From Candidatus Pacebacteria bacterium GW2011_GWA1_46_10 (GTDB taxonomy: Bacteria > Patescibacteriota > Microgenomatia > UBA1400 > PJMF01), in assembly GCA_001002135.1 (NCBI GenBank), contig LCLP01000001.1:294274-358273 (forward strand): DNA of 64,000 bases, written 5' to 3'. A program made the position numbers and the translations under genes. The notes under the pieces are model-generated. The model was not told the origin of the DNA. It made no database searches and saw nothing but the letters and a program-made list of their open reading frames with translations. The first letter of the stretch is position 1. The number at the start of each line of letters is the position of its first letter. Below are positions 58,848 through 64,000 of this stretch, piece after piece.

Positions 58848-61499
58848 ATGGCAAAGCAATGGGTATTTCTGTTTTCCGCTCTCCAAGCAGTTGAGAACAT
58901 TGTTGGCCGCGAGTGGTCAAATGTTCTAGCGCTGTTGGGAGGCAAGGGAGCTAATCTCTTCAAAATGTTGAGTTTTGGTCTTCCTGTACCGCCAGGCTTC
59001 ACCATCACTACAGAGGCCTGTAACACCTACCTGCGGCTAAAACGCTTTCCAGATCATCTCTGGAGGCAGGTCCAAGAGGGGCTCGCTGAAATTGAGCGCC
59101 TCACTGGCCGCAAACTGGGTGACCCAACGTATCCACTGTTGGTCTCATGCCGATCTGGTGCCAAATTCTCCATGCCGGGGATGATGGACACTGTGCTGAA
59201 TATCGGTATGAACCGCGCCGTGGCCGCCGCGTATGCGGACAGCCGGGTGGCATACGATCTGTATCGCCGGCTGATCTAAATGTTCGGCAGTATTGTGATG
59301 GGTATCGAAGACGACGTCTTTGAGTCCATTCTCAAGCAATACAAGGCCGAACACTCTTTCACTAGCGATACTGAACTGGTGGGAGAGGACTGGCGTGTAA
59401 TCGCGGCGCTGTTTGAAACAGCGTATCGCGATCGCGTTGGGAATCCCTTCCCGCAAAACCCCTTGATTCAACTGAAAGCTGCCATCAAAGCGGTTTTCGA
59501 ATCATGGAATGGCAAGCGGGCGGTGGATTACCGCGACGCGGCTGGTATCGCTCACGATTTGTGCACGGCCGCTAATGTCCAAGCAATGGTCTACGGTAAC
59601 ACCGGAGAAGACTCCGGCACGGGTGTATTATTCACCCGTGATCCTGCCACTGGAGAAAAAATCCTCTATGGAGATTTCCTCATCAATGCGCAAGGTGAGG
59701 ACGTTGTAGCAGGTATCCGCAACACCAGAAAGATTGCCGAGATGGAAACTGTGTGGCCGACCGCCTACCAACAATTGGTCGCAGTTTGCGATCGACTGGA
59801 GTATCACTACCAGGACATGCAGGACACAGAGTTTACTGTGGAAAACGGGACTCTGTGGATGCTCCAGACCCGCAACGGGAAACGCACTGCTGCAGCGGCG
59901 ATTAAAATCGCTGTGGATATGGCTAGCGAGGGTTTGATTACCCGACAGTTAGCGGTGCAGCGTGTGACCACCGATCAAGTGGATGCGCTCCTACACCCAA
60001 GGTTCAATGAACCAGTGCTGCAGGAAGCAAAAACTGCTGGCAGGTTTTTTGCCAGTGGGGTCAACGCTTCACCTGGTGCGGCAGTTGGACAGGTTTTCTT
60101 CGATGCCGATACGGCAGAGCAGAAAATGAAAGAAGGGTTGGCCGTAATCATGGTCCGGCCCTTCACCCGTCCGGATGACGTGCACGGCATGCTAGCGTCG
60201 CAAGGCATCCTCACCAGTGAAGGTGGGGCAACCAGCCACGCCGCCGTCGTAGCGCGCCAGTTTGGCAAACCGGCAGTGGTTGGCGCCTCCAAAATCGCGA
60301 TCGATCTACCCAATCGCCTGATGACCGCTGGGGAACTGACGGTTAAGGAGGGTGATTGGCTCTCCATAGACGGCGCCACGGGCGAGGTCTATGTGGGAGA
60401 GATTGAGACGATCCAACCAAGGATAGAGGATCAGCAAGATTTACTGACCCTGCTTTCCTGGGCGGATGACCTGACAGCAACCAACAATGGTTTACAGGTC
60501 TGGGCCAATGCGGATGGTGGTGAAGACTCATCTCGCGCTCGCGCTTACGGCGCGGTGGGAGTAGGCCTGGCTCGTACCGAACACATGTTCTTCGATCCGG
60601 AGCGCCTGCCAGTCATGCAGCGCATGATTCTGGCAGAGACGGTGGAAGAGCGACGAGCAGCCCTGGCAGAGTTATTGCCGTTTCAAAGGAGCAATTTCCG
60701 CGCCTTGTTTACAGAGATGACGGGTTTGCCGGTGGTTATCCGGCTGATCGACCCGCCGCTTCACGAATTCTTACCTAACATCGATGAACTGCCTGAAGAC
60801 TCACCACTCAAAGCTAAGGCTGAGTTGCTTCACGAAAGCAACCCGATGATGGGCATGCGCGGTGTGCGTTTGTCCATTGTTATGCCGGAAATCGTGGAAA
60901 TGCAGGTCCGCGCGATCTTTGAAGCGGCCTGCGACACCAAGGCAGTTGGCTTGGAGCCGGTGGTGGAGGTGATGATTCCACTGACAGCTCATGTCAACGA
61001 ATTGAGGGCGATTCAACCTCAACTCCAGCAGGTAGCGGAAGCGGTCATGACCGAACGAGGGATGTCTTTCCCCTACAAGTTCGGCACAATGATCGAGATT
61101 CCCCGTGCCGCGCTGACTGCCGGCGAGATCGCCAAAGTGGCCGAGTTCTTTTCTTTCGGCACCAACGATCTCACCCAAATGACCTATGGCTTTAGCCGCG
61201 ATGATGTCGAAAGCAGCTTCCTACCTATCTACGTGGAACAGGGGATTCTGCCACAAAACCCATTCCAAACGATTGATAAAGATGGAGTGGGTTCGCTGAT
61301 GCTGCTGGCGGTCCAGGCTGGCCGGAGTGCCCGGCCGAGCCTGGAAGTCGGTATCTGTGGCGAACATGGCGGGGATCCGGAGTCGATCTGGATTTGCCAC
61401 CGAATCAGCCTGAACTACGTTTCCTGCTCGCCCTTCCGGGTGCCAGTGGCTCGCTTGGCTGCGGCGCAGGCAGCCATCGCTGAACCACGGAAACAATAA
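58848..61499 (+). pseudogene. ppdK: Pyruvate, phosphate dikinase interrupted by one in-frame TAA (59277-59279) between codons for ...YRRLI and MFGS...
   Basis: Both ORFs are collinear and in frame with PPDK (GGKGANL, PPGFTITTEAC, GGATSHAAVVAR, SFGTNDLTQMTYGFSRDD, GICGEHGG). The stop sits where PPDK has Gln (RRFIQMFG). RBS aaggag ahead of the ATG at 58848. Confidence 0.8.
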
Positions 61500-61515
61500 A
61501 TTGAATACTTTTCAG

Positions 61516-61535
61516 TTGAGAGCAGCTGCTCTCAA
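61516..61535. other. 20-bp perfect palindrome ttgagagcag|ctgctctcaa just after ppdK stop
   Basis: Read directly in the sequence. Confidence 0.5.
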
Positions 61536-61656
61536 AGCAGAAACTCATTTGATGGATGGTTGGTGCGGCAACGCGCCACAATCCATCGAGTTTCTGCTGG
61601 GGTCATTCGGTATAGCCGAATCTGATGAGTCTGATAAGGACGAAACCCCAATAAAA

Positions 61657-61950
61657 TTATTGTACGGGTTCACGAAGCGGGGATTCTTGACCATTTTGAG
61701 TCGAGGGTTTTGGCCGAAGGTGCTTGGGTGTGTTTGGGTAAAAGAGTTGGCCATGTTTGGCTAAGTAACGAAGTTCCTCTGGGGTGGCTTTACCTGCTCT
61801 GGCATGAGTAATAGCACGAGTCATTTGATATTGTTTCCACCAACCGATTTGTTTTTTGGTGGCGGTGGTGGCTTTATCTTTTGGCAAACCATCACCTTCA
61901 CCGGCTTGGACATCTAGAAATGCTTGGTATTTTTCACTGCGTGACACCAT
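61657..61950 (-). CDS. hypothetical small protein (islet)
   Basis: ORF preceded on the minus strand by TGATATAAT. No motif recognised. Confidence 0.3.
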   Translation of the reverse strand: MVSRSEKYQAFLDVQAGEGDGLPKDKATTATKKQIGWWKQYQMTRAITHARAGKATPEELRYLAKHGQLFYPNTPKHLRPKPSTQNGQESPLREPVQ

Positions 61951-62157
61951 TTATAATTTTGATTATATCAAACTAACTCGATGTATAATAACAAAGATAA
62001 ATAAAGAACGCGAACTAAGAAGAATAAAATGGTCAACGGTGCGGTTTGTTAAGGGTCTTTTTATAGACTTTAGTTATTCAGATGGAGATAATGCAGTTTT
62101 TCGACTTAATGGTTTTCAATTTAGTTTGCGGCAACTAGAAGTGAAGTACTGACAGTA

Positions 62158-62394
62158 GTGATTCAAAAAAGTAGAATACAGGCTAGTGCTGGTTTAAATA
62201 TTGATCGAGCTACTGTCGCTAACCACCTCCATGGATTGAAAAAATACAACCCAGACTTGAGTGAAGATCGTGGAGCTAACCTTGAGGTGTACGTGGAAAA
62301 AGCTAGCAGTTTAGGGTTATTTGACGACGATGTTTTACCGAGGTTGAGAGAGATTGCCAGTGTGTTTGGTTTAAAAAAAGGAAAAAAAGAATAA
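62158..62394 (+). CDS. hypothetical small protein, possible HTH (LNIDRATVANHLHGL)
   Basis: ORF in the AT-rich islet. Confidence 0.3.
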   Translation: MIQKSRIQASAGLNIDRATVANHLHGLKKYNPDLSEDRGANLEVYVEKASSLGLFDDDVLPRLREIASVFGLKKGKKE

Positions 62395-62455
62395 ACACAA
62401 CTTTTGACCGTTGTGCACAATCGGTATTTGGTTTGTCAATGATAGATCAATTTAC

Positions 62456-62716
62456 TTATTTTTTTTGAGATTTTTCTATTTCGTCTAGATACCATTCGGC
62501 TTGCCAGCGATATGTATCACCATGTCGTTCCAAGAGCTCTTTCTCCAGTTCGCTCATTGATATTCCCAACTTTTTTGCCCGCTTCTTGAGATTGAGGTAT
62601 GCAACTGGCTCGCAGTGAAATCTTTCTGCGTCTGCCATGTTGTGGCCGGCCTCTGTTATTTCGTTTTCCATCAGATTACTACTACGAGAATCTCCATACA
62701 TACCTTCTCCTGGCAT
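62456..62716 (-). CDS. hypothetical small protein with RHH-like segment (AYLNLKKRAKKLGISMSELEKELLERH)
   Basis: Beta-alpha-alpha pattern typical of CopG/antitoxin RHH folds. Start uncertain. Confidence 0.35.
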   Translation of the reverse strand: MPGEGMYGDSRSSNLMENEITEAGHNMADAERFHCEPVAYLNLKKRAKKLGISMSELEKELLERHGDTYRWQAEWYLDEIEKSQKK

Positions 62717-62919
62717 ACGTCCTTTTTCTTTTAACTGTCTACTAGATTAATAGTATTATAGGATTTTTTTCGTTTGTCAACGTGGGCGCGGCCGAATTGA
62801 AAATCCCCCAAACTAACCTGCCTGTTTACCTTAAAGTTTTCGGCAATATCGCTAACAACACCAGTTAAATCACTGTCCACGCCGCTCGTTTGAGATAGTG
62901 GAGTGATATAATTTTTTGG

Positions 62920-63336
62920 ATGACTGATCCAGACAAAAGAGAGCGAAACACCAATGTTCTTCGTCAATTTACGGTTCCCATAATAACTCCTTTAGGGGAA
63001 ATAAAAGGGCGTTATAGAGAATATATTGAATTTGACGCTGAACAAATGGTTCGAGAAACTAAAATTTCTGTTAATCCTCTGAAAGAGCAATCTGTAGCGA
63101 AAGCAAAGAAGGGGGAAGCATCTGTTACCTTTTCTGTGATGAGATCAGGGTCCAACACCCTAATGTATGTTGTCACAGTTAGTGGTGTTGAAGAAGATAA
63201 AAAAGCAATTGTAGAAGAGTTTAAAAGAGTGTTTGGCAGTCAAACTGAGAATGTTCCATGGACGTCAGTTTCTTTTCTTGGTGCTCACGAGCGTGACTCA
63301 TATGTTTGGCACGCGATTATGAGGGGAACAAAATAG
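62920..63336 (+). CDS. hypothetical protein (islet), apparently leaderless
   Basis: TGATATAAT at 62905-62913 with the ATG 7 nt downstream. No motif recognised. Confidence 0.4.
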   Translation: MTDPDKRERNTNVLRQFTVPIITPLGEIKGRYREYIEFDAEQMVRETKISVNPLKEQSVAKAKKGEASVTFSVMRSGSNTLMYVVTVSGVEEDKKAIVEEFKRVFGSQTENVPWTSVSFLGAHERDSYVWHAIMRGTK

Positions 63337-63458
63337 TATGTCTCAAATTAAAGGTTTTTAGGATATTATCGACTGGTATAACACCAACAGGCAAGAGTAC
63401 GCGTTAAAAATATGGCCTTGGACCAGAAAAACTTTAGGTCCAATGTTAGAATGTAGGT

Positions 63459-63824
63459 ATGGCAGACAAAGAACCATTTATACATAAAATTCACGGGACA
63501 CCTGATTTTGATGGGAGTGCCGCAAGGGAGCTTAAGGCAAGAAAGTCAAGGTCAGTGAAAAAGGGAATACATACTGCTGAACGCTTAGTTTCAGAGGGAG
63601 GAGGCTCTGTTTTTAACTATTCCTTATTTGAAGGTGAGTGGAAAGAACTGATTGATTGGTTATTTTTAGAGGATTTGCCATATAACTTAGAACATAAAGG
63701 TATCACTGTAACTGAAGTAACATCCATTCTTGCTTCAGGACACTTTCCCACAGGAATGAATGCAGAAAAATTAATTATTTGGATTCAGGAGTTAAAAAAT
63801 TTAGTTGAAAATGGAGAGAGTTAA
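63459..63824 (+). CDS. hypothetical protein (islet), apparently leaderless
   Basis: TAGAAT at 63447-63452 with the ATG 6 nt downstream. No motif recognised. Confidence 0.4.
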   Translation: MADKEPFIHKIHGTPDFDGSAARELKARKSRSVKKGIHTAERLVSEGGGSVFNYSLFEGEWKELIDWLFLEDLPYNLEHKGITVTEVTSILASGHFPTGMNAEKLIIWIQELKNLVENGES

Positions 63825-63901
63825 AAGAAATTTTTTAGACAATAGCTTATTTTTTTAGTTTGAACTGATAGCATTTTTCTGGCGAAATTTTTCTCAGGTG
63901 T

Positions 63902-63973
63902 GACCCCATGGGGAATCGAACCCCAGTTACCAGGATGAGAACCTGGTGTCCTAACCGCTAGACGATGGGGCCT
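63902..63973 (-). tRNA. tRNA-Glu (anticodon CTC)
   Basis: Hand-folded on the minus strand: acceptor GGCCCCA/UGGGGUC, anticodon stem CCAGG/CCUGG with loop UUCUCAU, T-arm UGGGG-UUCGAUU-CCCCA. Confidence 0.8.
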
Positions 63974-64000
63974 AGCGAGCTGCTATTATACGATTTTTCC

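Noticed and set aside
59277-59279. Possibility that TAA is recoded (alternative genetic code) and ppdK is intact
   Set aside because: TAA is plainly used as the terminator of neighbouring genes (e.g. gpmI, xseA, ppdK itself), so genome-wide reassignment is implausible. A point mutation or sequencing error is more parsimonious.
61501-61764. 87-aa + ORF immediately after ppdK
   Set aside because: Its codons 6-12 are the 20-bp perfect palindrome and it overlaps a minus-strand ORF that has a better promoter. Probably non-coding.
62731-62967. 78-aa minus-strand ORF
   Set aside because: Lies in the AT-rich divergent promoter region between the islet ORFs at 62716(-) and 62920(+). No start context. 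Likely spurious.
1-64000. CRISPR arrays, rRNA genes, transposases/integrases
   Set aside because: No short regularly spaced direct repeats, no rRNA-like conserved stretches and no DDE/tyrosine-recombinase motifs were seen anywhere in the window.

Overview
Dense bacterial chromosomal window of about 64 kb with roughly 70 genes on both strands. The short, archaeal-type aspS, sortase/LPXTG machinery, PPDK and class II FBA/GlpX glycolysis, and many 4-bp gene overlaps are compatible with a small-genome monoderm bacterium, possibly a Patescibacteria/CPR (Saccharibacteria-like) lineage, but this is an inference only. The housekeeping backbone comprises gpmI, rarA, xseAB, dnaG, trxA/trxB, gdhA, metG, tatD, rmuC, aspS, dacA-like, gltX, ybeY, dnaX, ybaB, rdgB, fba, glpX, pgk, ogt, rmlA-like and ppdK. 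Between these sit several accessory or unusual modules. (1) An ArsR-YHS-controlled copper/thiol-redox operon on the minus strand at 5454-11574: CopB-type P1B ATPase, CcdA, rhodanese-DUF1573 fusion, Cys-rich secreted hypothetical, DUF1573. (2) A 2080-aa LPATG-anchored repetitive surface protein translationally coupled to a secreted/anchored accessory protein and a sortase (11711-19503). (3) A tRNA-Arg(GCG)-tRNA-Ser(CGA) pair followed by an ABC exporter gene that is bracketed by a 17-bp direct repeat of the tRNA-Ser 3' end, looking like an integrase-less integrated cassette. (4) A long minus-strand glycoconjugate operon (galU, UbiA/DPPR-synthase-like, WecA-like, GT-C, processive GT2) co-linear with tatD and metG. 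(5) A 600-bp structured non-coding region upstream of aspS. (6) ppdK interrupted by a single in-frame TAA. (7) An AT-richer islet of small unknown ORFs (61.5-63.9 kb), several with apparently leaderless promoters and one RHH-like, abutting the 3' end of tRNA-Glu(CTC). No CRISPR array or rRNA is present. All functional calls come from motif recognition in the supplied translations; no searches were run.
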